Positions 13,524 to 28,365 are shown, counted from the first letter of the stretch. The stretch is 64,000 nt of DNA from Octopus sinensis (GCF_006345805.1 NC_043005.1:72230001-72294000); one strand, 5' to 3'. A program made the numbers and translations. The notes: generated by a model from the sequence alone, not told the origin.

Positions 13524-13909
13524 GATATATATATATAGATATATATATATTTACACACACGATTTTATAGAAAATCTTTGAAGTTGCGTATTTATCGAAA
13601 ACTTTCAAACAGAAATGTACTTCTGTAATGTATCCATGTATGAAATGATAAAAATGCATTTCTTAATATATATATATATATATATATAATATATATACAC
13701 ACATATATATATATACATACATATATATATACACACACACACACACATATGTTTATATGTGTCTGTGTGTATATGTATGCATACACATACATATATATAT
13801 AATATATATATCATATATGTATGTATATATGTATATATATATATATGTATGTATGCATACATATATATATATAAATATGTGTGTATGTATAAATATATGT
13901 ATGTGTATG

Positions 13910-13941
<32 letters not shown>

Positions 13942-13964
13942 TATATACATATATATACATATAT

Positions 13965-14013
<49 letters not shown>

Positions 14014-14090
14014 AATATATATATATATACAAATATATATATTTATGTATGAATGTATTTATGTATGTATATGCCTGCATGTATATATTC
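13400..14090. repeat. Two long compound (TA)/(CA)/(TG) microsatellite tracts separated by about 95 bp of unique sequence (13565-13660)
   Basis: Seen directly; the source of many spurious YI-repeat ORFs. Confidence 0.95.
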
Positions 14091-14999
14091 ATGGAGAAAT
14101 GATAACAAGTGCACCTAGTTTATTACTATTATTTTTTCCCAGAAACATGGCGCCATTGGCCATGATTGTTACACATTAACTGTCATATTATTCAAATTCA
14201 ATGTCTTTGAACTAGAACTGCTGATAGGGACTGTGTCGATCAGGCTGCACAGCTGATGATTCCTATCCTGTAACTGGCATTTGCTGCATCTAATACTAAA
14301 GTCTCACTGGCACCAGTTATGCAATTGCATATAGATATGGGTAGATGCAAGTCACTTGAATATGTAGCTGGTATTCAGGTCTGCTTAGCAATTATTTTGT
14401 TGTTTATCATTGGTTTAAGCGAAAGCCCCCTATATAACTGTTCCCTTTTTTTTAAGTCACTTACACTGTGATGTCAACCATCATTTAAATGCTATCATGG
14501 TGAAATTTGTAGCATAATTCATATCAATGAATTATACTAAAAGCTGTCAAATGTACACCAATATAACAATTCATCTTTTATAGGTGTTTTCTTGCTAGTA
14601 TTTCTGCATAATTACATGCAGTTATTGCATCTCTTTCACACACACGTACATGGTAAATGTAATGAACAACGAAAGAAAGAAGATAATACATTAGGGATAA
14701 GATTTTCCATATACTGTTTTAGCTTAATGCTTAAAAAGAGAATCTGAACATTTCGGGCATTTGTTCTTTATCAGAAGGAAGACCAAAGTGTAAGAGGAGA
14801 AAATGAGAAAAGATGGTGGAAAAAATGGGTGTAGTGTCAGGAACCAGATGGACATGCTATTCTACTGGAAGAGGAGCTAAGAGGGTGGGTGGGGAGCTCA
14901 TGCCAGTATATATATCATCATCATTTTAGCATCCACTTTTCAATACTTCCAAGTGTCAGCCAGAATTCATTGAGTTCGATTTCAAGCAGTGACCTGAAT

Positions 15000-15190
15000 A
15001 ATAATAATAAAAACATCGAAAAATACCTTAGGAATGAAAACCCAGGTTCAAAATTTCCCCAAGACACCTAATGAAGGCTAGAGGGTATATCAGCCAAAAT
15101 GTTGTGTTAACAACAAACAAGATGAGGACAAATATCCGTCAAATGTAAATAATGTACATGATTCCTCATCTCTTAAATATATAACTCAAT
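15000..15190 (+). mobile_element. Penelope-like short element, family P1, with mutated minimal HHR
   Basis: gacac-CTAATGA-a-ggcta..cagcc-AAAAT-GTT-gtgtt at 15063-15108; three core substitutions relative to 20321-20366. Confidence 0.7.
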
Positions 15191-16116
15191 TTTTCTACTA
15201 CCTGATACCTTTCCTGTTGTTAACCTTCGCCTGTTTCCAAACAAGTTAATAATCTCCTAGGCTAATGAATAACAAAGAGCCTAAACATAGCTACATGAAG
15301 GACTGGAGCCAAACAACATTGTGTAAAGAAGCTTGTCAATTATGAAGATCAAGTAGCTTCTCAAGAAGCCAGGACATGCTCCTGTAGATGATTGATTGCA
15401 AGCAAAGGACTTTGTTGATATTGACAGCAAGGGTGTTCTTAACAGTTAGTGAATAGACATCAAAATGATTAGAGATATGATCTCACCCATGCTATAACAT
15501 CTATCCAACCGTCCATCCATCCATCTGTCTATCTGTCCATCTATCCATCCATCCATCAGTATATACATACATACAAGCATGCATGTATGCATACTTTCAC
15601 TAATATCCCCTGGAATTGATTGTCAAATATCCTTAGTTTTATATTATTACTGAAGTCCAGTAACTCCTTTTTGAATTTCTCCATTGGTGAGTTAAGGATC
15701 AGGATTTTTGTAGGTGTACACATCATACAAATTTCTCTTCTTCTCTACAATTATGTTTAAATACAAAATTTCCCTGCTCTAAATTGCTACGAATCACTGT
15801 TCATTCTTTCTTTCTACTGTACACACACACATACATAATACATACAAATATACATACATACATATTTTATTTGTTTGTTCCCATCTGGGCTATGAAAGGT
15901 CTTTTTACATTTTTGTTGGTCATAATTATTCTACCAGTAGGTAATTCTGATTTTTATTTCAAGAAGAATTTTTTTGTTTTTTGTCTTTGGAATTAGACTC
16001 CAAAACAATTTGTAGAATTTATATTGGATCCATACCAACCTGGATTATGAATTAGAGATCATCTGCATCTACAATTTTTTCCTTTCCTTATATTTTATTT
16101 ATATATATATACATAT

Positions 16117-16390
16117 TGCTGGACTGGCTCTTGTGCAGGTGGCACATAAAAACACCATTTGAGCGTAGCCGTTGCCAGTACCACCTGACTGACCCTCGTG
16201 CTGGTTGCATGTAAAAGCACCCACTACACTAGCAGAGTGGTTGGTGTTAGGAAGGGCATCCAGCTGTAGAAACTCTGCCAGATCAGATTGGAGCCTGGTG
16301 CAGCCATCTGGTTCACCAGACCTCAGTCAAATTGTCCAACCCATGCTAGCATGAAAAGTGGGCGTTAAACGACGATGATGATGATGATGA
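16117..16390 (+). mobile_element. RTE LINE 3' tail (5'-truncated)
   Basis: Matches 37970-38355 (ggaagggcatccagctgtagaaa...cccatgctagcatg...gttaaacga(tga)n); sits in TA repeats. Confidence 0.85.
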
Positions 16391-17574
16391 TATATATATA
16401 TATATAATATGAAAATGGGACAAAAATGCAAAACATTCAGATAGTTAGGTGATACAAAAACAGGACAACAAAACATCCAGATAGATGATACAAAGGAAAC
16501 AAGGATGGGTCATTTGGAGCTTTCTTTTCTCAGTCAAGTTCCAGATTATCTTTACAATTTCAGCTGGTTATATATATATATACATGCATATATACATACA
16601 ACAGGCTTTTTTCCAGTTTCATTTACCATTTTTTATTCATCAGATATTGATCAACTCACAAGCTCATAGTTATAGGATAGAATGCCAGCCAGCAGCTTTC
16701 ATACATTGGAACTGAACCCATAATCATATTTTTCAGAAGCAGAATTCCTACACAGTCGCACGTATCTATGTGTATATGCATTTATGTATGGCATTATAGT
16801 TAAGTGCTTTGAATCTCTGTATTAGAAATTGAAATATATAGGAATAGCGCAGCTGAAGACAATCATTGACCAAACCAATAAAAACATTAGGCAGAACTTC
16901 AAAACAGCAGACATTAATAAATCACCTTATGGCTGCATATAGGAACTGAACACTGTCTTATGTTTAATTCAACATTTATCTTCAGTTTCCACTCTCTAAC
17001 ATCCTAAAACCTATTTAAATTTTATTGAATTTATGAGCTTCTGCAAATCTTTGTGTATAAAGTATGTATGAAATAAATTGTGATATTGTATTTGCATATC
17101 TGTTTATAATACTGTTTGTAGTAGTACTTAGCAAATGTTTGTATATGTGAATCACTTTTTTTGTCTTTCATAGAGATTATAACAAATTATTTTAGTGTTC
17201 TGTTTTAAGTATATTTCTGAAGATTAGAATTATTTTAAAACATGCTATTTCATCTCCTAGAGGATAGCATTCAAAAGCATGTAGATGCACATCTTGATCA
17301 CTTGATCAGAATAAACAGAAGCTGTTTATAACGTCTGAAAATCCATGAAGATAAATCTGTATTTGGTTACAGTTGGTAAAAAATAAAAGAATATAAGAAA
17401 TATGTGTGATAAGAAATATGTGTGATAAGAAGCTTGCTTTATAATGGTATGAATTCAGGTTCAGTCCCACTGCATGACACCTTGGGCAAGTGACCTCTAC
17501 TATAGCTCTAGAAGCCTTGTGAGTAGATTTGGTAGATGGAAACTAAAAGAATCCCATCATACATACATACACAT

Positions 17575-17750
17575 CATCATCATCATCATCGTTTAACGTC
17601 TGCTTTCCATGCTAGCATGGGTTGGGCGGTTTGACTGTGGGCTGGTGAACCAAATGGTTGCACCAGGCTCCAGTCTTGATTTTGCAGTGTTTCTACAGCT
17701 GGATGCCCTTCCTAACGCCAACCACTTCGAAAGTGTAGTGGGTGCTTTTA
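17575..17750 (-). mobile_element. RTE LINE 3' tail
   Basis: (cat)n-cgtttaacgtc...ggatgcccttcctaacgccaaccac: reverse complement of the RTE tail. Confidence 0.85.
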
Positions 17751-17799
17751 TACACACACACACACACACACACAAATATATATATATATATATGTTTGT

Positions 17800-17836
<37 letters not shown>

Positions 17837-20282
17837 GTGTGTGTGTTTGTGTGTGTGTATCTATATGTGTGTGACCCTGTGTTTGTGTTTATCCCTCACT
17901 GCTTAACAGCAGTTGTTGATTTCTTTACATCTTTGTAACTTAACAGTTTGGCAAAGAGAGACCAATAGAATAAATATCAGGTGTGAAAATAACTTGTTTC
18001 AGTAAACCCTTTGAGGTGATGCCCCAGCTTGGCCGCAATCCAATGATAGAAACAACAGACAAAAGTTAGTTATATGATGCTCATTGTTGTTGACTTAATG
18101 CAAAGCTACATTTGTTAGGCAGAAACAGTAAAAGCTAATGAAATTAGTTGTGCTGTATTACTGGTATCTGTTTGTCAAACTAAAAAAATGTAAGGGAAAG
18201 ATGTTGGAAGGTTACAAATAATTATGCCTTGTGTTTTGAAAAAGAAGCCACCAATACTCTGTTACAAATTAGCAAGCAGCGTAGATAAAGCAGTTACTGT
18301 TTTATTCTTTAACATTTTTCCTCTCCATCAAGATATTCACAGTTTTCATTGACGATAATTACTTTAAAAAACATAATCTCATCAACTGATATCCAGCATC
18401 CCAACTAATGTTATTAGTAATTTATTATTATTATTTTTTAATTTACTTATTTGAATAAAGTTTTGAAACAATAAGACTAATTAACTCATTCGTTATTCCA
18501 TAGTTTTAAGCTGAGGTATTGAAATAAATCAATATTCTGCTTTTCAATTTGCTAATCTTGTCTTCGTAAATTTTGTTTTTCTCTTCTGTTCTGTTCAGTA
18601 TCCATTGAATAGAAAATTGGCCTTATATAAATAAACAGAGAAATGAAATGTGTTTTCAGAATTAGTGGCAAAGGTGTTTTTATTTAGATCCACCACCCCC
18701 TCATTTTATATTACATGCATAATAACAATCTACACTTTTTTAGACGTGGATGCTAGTTTCATTTTAGTGCTTTGAGCTTTAATCCTATAACAAACTCATT
18801 AAGTTAATTTTAAAGCTAGACTTTATGGAATCTAACTATTTCTCTCACCAATTGCATTTGATTGCAGATTCTGTGCTTCAGAATTGAGCATCTTTGAAGC
18901 TGGTCTTTATTGACAACATAAAGATAGCTCTTTGGAGATTTAAATATTGATCGGCCTACTCTATGTTGTATGTTCATAAACAATTAGCAATGATTAGTAG
19001 CATATAAGTTTGTGTGGCATTGTTTTAAATAGACCTTCTTTAAAAAGCTTTATTGAATTACACCATTGAAGAATTTCCTAGTGATAGAGTTCAGATAACC
19101 ATTTTTGAAACATGTTTAGTATTATATTCACTTCTGTTTTACTCTCTGATAGTATTATATACGATAAGGTGTCACAAAATGTTCAGCTGCATTTATTAAA
19201 TTGTTGTAGCTGACTATGATAAAGAGACGTTTTAACTGATCCATTTAACAATGTTTTCTTGTTATTAACATAAACAGAAGAATGATGAGGCTTTGCAAGG
19301 ACTCTTTTAAACAGCATTTATTAAATTGTTGTAAAACAAATATGCTAAGTAGAAGTTTTAGGTAATCTATTTAGATTCATATCAAATTGCATATATGTTG
19401 TTAAAATGAGCCAAAAATGGATGAGATCCTTAAGACAAGCACTTAGAAAAACAAAAATAATTTATATAAATTTTTGTTGAATGTTTCAAATTTATGTATG
19501 TTTACATTTGTACAAGACAGATAGAAACGAACCTACAGCTGTTATTGTGTTAAGTTAACGAAAGAGATAAACAAATGATGTTTAAACTTCAATTAAACTT
19601 GTAACAACTTGAGAATGAATATGTACACTCCACAGCATGTAGGGCTGTATTTAATATCTCCGTGTGAGAGAGAGAGAGAGAGAGAGAGAAAAGTTAGTGT
19701 ATGTGCTTGTCGTCGCTATATGATTGGAACTACATGGATATATTTAATGTATTTATGTTCTTTTATATATACATTTTTATGTCCACATGTATTTGCATAT
19801 TTGCAAATACGCCTTATGTTAATGTATTAGATGTTTCCCTTTTCTTTCTATATAGATATACATAGATTACAGACAGATAAATAGGTAGATAGATAGTTGG
19901 ATGGATGGATCGATCGAAGGATAGATCAATTGATCAGTGCCAAAATATGATGTTGTTATCTTAGAATAAGTTATAAAATAACCTTGGAAATTGACTGTTC
20001 GGAGAACTCAATACTACAAATAGTGTAAAAAAATCTGTTGTAAAGTTTGTGTTAGTTACGGCTTTATGCTTCATCTCACAACTTATTTGACCAGTGAAGA
20101 ATGTTGTGCTTCAAGGATTTATATGGGAAAATAGAGAAAAGTCACATAAAAAGATAAAAGTGAGGAGGTAGGTTACATTTGTTGTAATAATTACAAAGGA
20201 ATTTTTAATTTTATGGCTGGCAAAAATCTGGTTAAATGCTTAAAGTTCATGCATGAAAGTTAGAAATGAAGCTTTCCTTCAT

Positions 20283-20420
20283 ACCTTGGGAATGAGAACT
20301 CATGTTCGAAATTTCCCCAAGACACCTGATGAAGGCTGGAGGGTATATCAGCCGAAACGTTGTGTTAACAACAAACAACATGAAGACAAATATCCGTCAA
20401 ATGTAAATAGTGTAAATAAT
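20283..20420 (+). mobile_element. Penelope-like short element, family P1
   Basis: Near-identical to 15020-15160 and to the reverse complement of 22315-22426. Confidence 0.75.
20321..20366 (+). ncRNA. Minimal type I hammerhead ribozyme motif (intact core, GUU triplet, palindromic ACGU stem III)
   Basis: Stem I gacac/gtgtt; CTGATGA at 20326-20332; extra A; stem II ggctg/cagcc; GAAAC at 20354-20358; then GT-T. Confidence 0.65.
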
Positions 20421-20564
20421 AGACTTATAGGTTTGCTATTGCAATATATACCACCTTAAAATCTGAGAATTTAAAATGCTCAGGTTGTGTAGAGTCTTGG
20501 GCATCTTAATTCTGTTGGAACTAATCTCTCCTTCGGTATAAACATAGCAGATTTCTTCAGAGAG

Positions 20565-20589
20565 AGGCGGAGAGAGAGAGAGAGAGAGA

Positions 20590-20635
<46 letters not shown>
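20565..20635. repeat. (GA)n microsatellite
   Basis: Seen directly. Confidence 0.95.
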
Positions 20636-20639
<4 letters not shown>

Positions 20640-22220
20640 GAAGAATCCCTTTCAGGACTTTTATATCTATCGTATTGATCTCAAAATGATGGAAAGCAAA
20701 GCTGACCTTGAAGGAATTGGTACTTGCAGGGCAGGGAGCCAGAACGACTACTGCAACATATTTTTATCCAACACTCTAATGAATCTGTGAATCAAGCAGG
20801 ACAAACCCCTCTCACACACTCACAAATACATACATGCACACATACACATATACACACACAAATACATACATGCACTCATACACACACACACACACTGAGG
20901 CATTGACATAGGTTTAGATGTGTAGCTGAAAAGCTTACTTTCTAACCATGTGATTTTATGTTCACTTCCACAACTCAGCACCTTGAGCAAGTGACTTCTA
21001 CTATAGCCCAAGGTTGATCAATCCTTGCGCCTGGATGTAGTAGACTGAAAATGAAAGAAGTCAACTGTGTGTGTGTGTGGTGTGTGTGTGTGTGTGTGTG
21101 TCTATGTGTGAAGACACGTTTTTACAATCATCATATAAGTGATATTGTTTGGGGAAAAACATTTGGATTTAGCAAAATAATACATTATTTCTAAACAGGC
21201 CAGGCTGGCAACAAAAAAAAACCGTGGGGGGGCTTCCTACCATAAAAAATCTACCCAATGAATTCTGCTTGACCTATGGAAGTTTGGAAAATTGGATGTT
21301 AAAGCGCTGATGGTGATATATGATACAAACAGATAACAGAGTGATAGATGTGTATGTATACATCTGCTTATGTGTGTGTGTATTTCAACCATTTACACAG
21401 CAGCCAGCATTCCTTTTAATTTCTCCTATCTCTAATGTGCTTCCTTCTTTCTCCAGCATCTCTGTACTTCTCCTTTATCTGCCATTTCCTCTCCTTCTTC
21501 TTCTCTCATTAATCCCAGTTTATATGTCCATCAACACTAGTTGACATTTCTTCTCTCTCTCCAAGGAAGTGGTTTGTCCTAATCATTAGACATTTCTTCT
21601 TCCTTGAGGTGTAAAACTTATTCCAGTGTTTGAATTATTCAAATCAGTTGTTGCATTTAGGAAAAATTACACATGCATAGAGAAGACTTTTAGCATTTAG
21701 GCTCATTAATATTTGTAAATTCTTTGTATCCTGGCCATGTAAAATGCATGATCAATTTTACAAAAACAGAAGCCATTCTTAATGACACAATCATTGGAAG
21801 TTTTAGACTTTATTTATAGTAAAACAGTACCTGGCTGAATGAAACTGCTGACTTGAATTGTTTGCTGTTGTAATTATATTTGCATCTAGAATACATGTTA
21901 AAAATACGATTCAACCATTATACTTGACTGGTATTCTATTTTACTGACCTCAGGAAGACAAAATGCAAAGTTCATTTTGGTGGAATTTGAAGCCAAAACA
22001 TGACAGTTTATCTTAATTGCAATCCCAAAATATAATCCAGTTTTATTCAAGTCATTTCTTAGTTTTTTTTTGTGTGTTATACCTAATTCAAAAACAACTT
22101 ATGTCTTGTAATTTACCATTTGGCCAAACAGAGAATGCTAAAATAAATGCCAGATTTAAAAATAAGTAGTACTAAACTCTTTAAGACAATGTTATAATCC
22201 AATGACTGAAACCAATAATG

Positions 22221-22700
22221 ACAAGAGCACTTAGAGAGTGCAAACCTCCACCAAGACAACACTAACGTCAACTTAATGATTAGCCAAAGATGATTTTTAA
22301 AATGAGAATATCTGACATTATTTATATTATTTACAATTGACGGATATTTGTCCTCATCTTGTTTGTTGTTAACACAACGTTTCAGCTGATAGACCCTCCA
22401 GCCTTCATCAGGTGTCTTGGGGAAATCTGAAATAAACTTGACTGCTCCCACAAACGAGAATACTAAAAGTGAACCTGCCCACTCTCAAAAATTAAGTAAA
22501 AAAAAACAGGAAAAATAATCTAGAATCCTTGTCCAGGACTGGATCAATCCAAAAATATAATCAGTTCATGCCAGTTATGAGGCCAAACATCTCTAAAAGT
22601 TTCATCCGAATCCATCCAGCGGTTCTTGAGATATCTTGTCCATGAATAAACAAGCAAAAAACATGGCTGCAAACAATACCTCCATCTTGGAGATGATAAA
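22221..22700 (+). mobile_element. Helentron/HINE (DINE-1)-like non-autonomous element, interrupted by a P1 insertion
   Basis: Homologous to 58122-58911; 5' subterminal acctccaccaag and a 3' ctcca/tggag hairpin. Confidence 0.55.
22315..22432 (-). mobile_element. Penelope-like P1 insertion carrying an intact minimal HHR core (22371-22416)
   Basis: Reverse complement reads gacac-CTGATGA-a-ggctg..cagct-GAAAC-GTT-gtgtt. ATCTGA is duplicated at both junctions relative to the empty site at about 58209-58214. Confidence 0.7.
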
Positions 22701-22733
<33 letters not shown>

Positions 22734-22905
22734 TTAACGTCTGTTTTCCGCGCTAGCAAGGGTTGGACAGTTCGACCGGGGTCTGGGAACCCAGGGGCTG
22801 CACCAGGCTCCAGTCTGATCTGGCAGTGTTTCTACAGCTGGATGACCTTCCTAACGCCAACCACTCCGCGAGTGTAGTGGGTGCTTTTTACGTGCCACCA
22901 GCACG
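22700..22905 (-). mobile_element. RTE LINE 3' tail
   Basis: (cat)n followed by the reverse complement of the RTE tail. Confidence 0.85.
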
Positions 22906-25900
22906 ACTAAACGACTATATTTAAAAGCAGGTTTTGAATCTTTTGAGCTCCCATTTTTCGAATATTGGGAAAATTACTGGGGCAGTGTTAATTGTTATAT
23001 TAATTTCGAATTTTAGCAGAAGGCGAGAAAAATTTGCTGGGTTGGGTAAGTCAATTACATCATCCCCAGTAGTAGTTATTTTATGAACTCCAGAAGGATG
23101 AAAGAGAAAGCTGTCTTTGGTAGAATTTGAACTCAGCACATAAAGATGGATGCAATTTCTCTGAGCGTATTTGCTCAGCATTGTAACAATTCTTTATATT
23201 GGCATGTCAAGTAGGGTAACTCCATTACAGGCTCAGCAACAAATTATTTTGATTCAATACAAAGGATACTTGGTTTTGTTATCAAGTTTGTGTGAAGCCT
23301 CCAGAGAGTGAATGTAATTTCCACTCAGAATTGATTTGATTTAATTAACAAAAACATTAACAAAACAACATTTAATTTTCTTTTTCAAATTTAAAACTTT
23401 CTCTACCAGTATCAAAGCATTTCATAGCAAAAGAAAAAAAAACCCCAAAAAACAGAACCCAAACTTGTTGCAAAAAATATTTTCTTGCAGCATTTTAACA
23501 TATCTAGTCTGATTAAAAGACTTCATGATATTAACTTGTGCTGATTAAATTTTTGTGTACCAAAGACGGATCAGTTCTCACAACCTATTTCTATTGGCTA
23601 GTAAAATTAAAATCTATCTACTATGTCATATAAAACCTGGGGAATTCTGGAAAGTACTCTACTGTCAAAAATTAGCCAACTTGATTCCCATGTCTCAAAT
23701 GCACATACACAGAATTGGGCATACTTGATTCCTATACAATAAGGATTAATATAAAGATTCTTCACCTTCAGTAATTAAGTTTGTAATAAATCAAAAGTTT
23801 GAGTGAGTGTATGCAGAAAATATATTGTAATATTGGTTTCAAATTTTGGCACAAGGCCAGCAGTTTTAGGGGAGGGGCTAAGTTGATTAAAGTGAGCCCC
23901 ATACTCAACTTGTACTTATTTTATTGACCCCCAAAAGTATGGAAAGCTGTGACCTTCGTAGGATTTGAACTCCAAATGCAGCTAAGCATTTTACCCAGCC
24001 TGCTAATGATTCTGCCAGCTCACCACCTTAGAATATATAGTAATATTTAGGAAATTTCCTTATATGTCCCTGATCTACTTTTAAAGAGAGAGTCATGTGA
24101 GCACAATTTCTTCTATGTATTAAGAATGTCAAAATGAGTATTTGCTAATACTGCCAAATAGTTTTATAAAAGCTAATTTACATTCAAGCTTAGAGATATT
24201 CTGAATAAATTTAACTGTTTCAGAACACTTTGCTTGTTAACTATATCCGATCCGAAATGACAAAAGACAAACAAACAAGTACGATGCTTTATTTCCTCAT
24301 TGCATTCATATATATATATATATATAATATATATATATATTACGCATACACACACATTATGTCCCCAAATCAGAAAATTATGTATTAAATAGCTTTGTGA
24401 TTGTTTTCCGTTTTTTTCTTTCTGTCTATTGTTTATTCTTTTGTATTTTCAAATTCTATGTTTTATCTCTGGTTGACATTAAATTCTCTTGACTTCTTTA
24501 TTTAATCAGCTCAATTCTGATTCAACCTCTTTGTAGAATGTCAGTTATTGAGAATATATTATCAAGGAAGAAAATAGGCTTGAGCAAAGAGATTCCTATT
24601 AATTTTCAGGTTATTGCTTTTCAGATATAAAATGGAATAAAGCTGAAATCTAGAGTTTCTAAGAGAATCTGTTCACAGCAATAGCTTTTCATAATGTATG
24701 AACATTGCTTCCTCAGATTTATTATATAGCTATTTCATTTTTATTATAGCGAGGCATATCTTTTCTACTATTTTTCTATACTCCAAATGAGATCGAGATA
24801 TTATTGCTCAAATATCATTTAAGTAATGCTAACTTAAATGCTATTTTTTGTATTTTAAAATTTTCTCTTCTAAAGCAAAGTAATAAACTAGATAAATAAA
24901 ATTGATGTGAAACCTAAATTCTATTGTGCCATATTCTGCAATAAGAGAAAACAATCATTATCTCGGTTTAATTCTGTCTTTGGGGTTTTGTTCAGTGGTG
25001 ATAATGAGGTGCAATGATAAAATTTTTCTAAGCAACGATGACATTAAGAATTTTGAAGTCTGCCTAATAAAAACTGATTTTGGCTACCACCTTTAGATAT
25101 TATCGCTTTTATTGTGAGCTGTTATTGTTAACTAATGCCATTTTTGTATTACTACTCTGCACATTTGGTCATCTTGTTGTAAGGTGCTTGGGTTGTAGTT
25201 TGACAAACACGGTGGGTTTTATCATATTCTATATTAATTTCTATTTTCAGACAGAGTTTGTTGTTATTACTTATTTAGCCCCAGGTTAGTTCTTATGCAA
25301 AATTATAGTCAAAAGCATTATAGTACTGAATGGTTGATCTTTTTCAGGACACTTGGGTCACTATTTTGAGCATGTATCTAATCCAAAAGTTACGCTACCA
25401 ATTAAGTACTGGGGTCAATTTAATTGACCAAACATCAGTAACTGAAGACTCGGAAGATCAGATGCTGCTGTTAGTTTTGTTCTTCAATAGCCCATGGAAA
25501 GTAGGCATTAAAAACACTTTCTTCACAAAAAACAGAAAATATAGGGAGCTGGCTGAACTTTTTGAAAACAATGAATGGGTGGGAATATGCCTTCTGTAGA
25601 GATAGGTGTTAGAGGATTTGGTTGAACCAGGGTTCAATCAATACTCAGGTGTCTTGAACTAGCTGCAATGGAGACAAAAGATGTTGCCAGAAAATTGTCA
25701 GAAGCCACTGAGAAAACAAGCTATTTTATCTGGCTCAAGAGAGAGGATGAGTGGTGCAGCAGGAACATTGAGGATGGTGGGAAAAAAGCAACTCAGAGTT
25801 GCAACATCTGACTCAACCAAGTTCCTGCTGTTGTATGGAAGCTTTGTTACCTAAATTTGTGAGTAGCCCTAGGCAGCTCTGCTGTTGTCATGGAAAGGCC

Positions 25901-27015
25901 CAAAACACCTTCAGAACTGCTTCACCACCTTATGAGACATCAGTTCCTACACTTAGAGATGGAACACAGCAACACCCTCAGTGCCCTAGTATTTACCTTA
26001 AATGACAATTCCTGTAATGACAATGGTACTAAGTGGGATTGAACCCGGAATCGTGTAGTTCGTAAGTAAGCAACTTACCACACAACCACTCCTGCTCCTA
26101 TAACAAATCTTGCCATAATGCTTACAAGAGAATCTTGTAAATTTAGGACAATGACCTCTGAGATCATCAGAGGAGATGGATGAAAAAGAGATGTAACAAA
26201 GTGAAGTAGCTATATCAGATAAAAATCAAAGAAATCTAGAATTTTGTTCCTCTTCTGTTGTACATTTATGTTCAATAATTCTTAAAAGCCTGCATTGTTA
26301 AATGTAAATAATGTTACAGATCAAAATTACAGTGTAGGAAAATGTGGCAAAACAAAACCATTCAATTCGTGATGAACAATGTATTGGGGTTTTTTTTTCA
26401 GATTAAGAGTTTAAAATTTGCATCTAGTTGTTATTGTTGTTGTTGTTACTTAGTGCTAAGTCAGTCCTGTTTGATCAGTTTTATGATCAAAGACATCTCA
26501 CCTTTCATTTCGGTTTCTTTTCCAATTGGCAGAGAACCCAGAACCACATTAACAATTGTGTTCTTTTTTTAAAAAACTATTTGTTATGAGTTGAGGTAAA
26601 TTGAGCTGCTATTTCTTGTGTGTTGAGATACCATATAAAGCTCTCTCATTGACTTTCTTGTTTATAGTTTTTAAATGGCTAACATGAGTTTTCTATTATG
26701 TAGATGTTTTAGTTTTAACCTATTCACTTAAGTCAGGTCACTTAATAATGATGTACAACTCTGAAACACATATATACGTTATTTATTCCTGAAAATTGAT
26801 ATCTTAAGATGAATTAATTCCTCATAAACCTTTCTATGAAAACCCATCTTCAGGAATTTGGTACACTAAATACTTCACTTTTGGAATTTGATCAGGACTT
26901 TTAGGTACCTCCTTAAGTTTAATAATTCGAACAGAACTAGGACAACCAGGATCTCTTCTAAATGACGATCAACTATATAATGTAATTGTTATAGCTCACG
27001 CAAGTTGTTACTGAA

Positions 27016-27360
27016 GTGAAGGCGCATGGCTCAGAGGTTAGAGCATCGAGCTTATGATCGTGAGGTTGTGAGCTCGAATCCCGGACCGGGCTGCGTGTTG
27101 TGTTCTTGAGCAAAGCACTTTATTTCACGTTGCTCCAGTTCACTCAGCTGTATGAATGAGTTGCGACGTCACTGGTGCCAAGCTGTAGCGACCTGTCTTT
27201 CCCTTGGATAACACTGATGGCGTGGAGAGGGGAGGCCGGTATGCATGGGCAACTGCTGGTCTTCTATAAACAACCTTGCCCGGACTTGTGTCTAGGAGGG
27301 TAACTTTCTAGGTGCAATCCCATGGTCATTCATGACCGAAGGGGGTCTTTACCCTTTACA
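27016..27360 (+). mobile_element. tRNA-derived SINE with Meta-domain-like core
   Basis: Head ggcgcatggctcagaggttagagc...tcgaatcccgg; core gtgttcttgagcaaagcactttatttcacgttgctccagttcactcagctgt. Confidence 0.75.
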
Positions 27361-27379
27361 GCTCACGCATTTGTTATAA

Positions 27380-27490
<111 letters not shown>

Positions 27491-27949
27491 TGACTCTTAC
27501 CTCCTTCTCTTACTCTTCTCCTTTCATCTGCAGCAGTCGAAAGAGGTGTAGGTACTGGATGAACCGTTTATCCACCTCCCTGTCTCTTCATATATTCATA
27601 TGTGTTTATGTGTAGGTATCACAAGATTGTGGGTTCAATTCCCAGACTGAGCAGTGTGTTGAGTTGTTGTGCAAAACATTTAATTTTATGTTGATCTGTG
27701 ATTCCTTTGACACCTGACATGTTGTGCATCAAGCACCTGTTCAGGTAAAATCGATTTTATAAAGGGTGTGAGCTAATGTACAGTACAAACATTTGATCAC
27801 TATAAACAGATCATTTGTGCAGGTTGTTCACTAGAAATTGCAGAACTGTCTTATTTGAACTCAAGAGACTAACGTTATTTTCATCATTTAATATATGTAT
27901 GTACACACATACAAAATACATGCATACACACATATTTATGTATACTTAG

Positions 27950-28108
27950 TACATGCATGGCTGTGTGATACGAAGCTTGCTTCCCAACCACATGGGTCTG
28001 GGTTCAGTCTCACTGTGTGGTACTTCGGTCAAATGTCTTCTACCATAGCCCCGGGCTGGCAAAAACCTTGCGAGTGTATTTAGTAGAAAGCAATTGAAAG
28101 AAGCCAAT

Positions 28109-28139
<31 letters not shown>

Positions 28140-28365
28140 TGATGTATTTATACATGTGTGTGTCTGTATTTGTCTCCACACTATCATTTGACAACCAGTG
28201 TTGGTGTGTTTATGTCCACATATCGTAGCGGTTTGGTAAAAGAAACCAATAAAATAAGTACTAAACATACAAAGAATAAGTCCTGATTTCTTTGACTAAA
28301 ACCCTTTAAAGTGGTGCTCCTGCATGACCACCATCAAATGACTGAAACAAGTACAAGACTGAAAG
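27950..28365 (+). mobile_element. SINE family B
   Basis: Homologous to the other family B copies, more diverged. Confidence 0.75.

Noticed and set aside
13247-14179. Many ORFs with YI/CV/HT repeats (also near 57355-57866 and 63334-63897)
   Set aside because: They are translations of TA/TG/CA microsatellites.
16420-16575. Penelope-like fragment with a CTGAG motif on the minus strand
   Set aside because: Too degenerate to assign an HHR fold or a family.
16600-16655. Minus-strand CTGATGA...GAAAC spacing
   Set aside because: No credible stem I or stem II and no NUH triplet.
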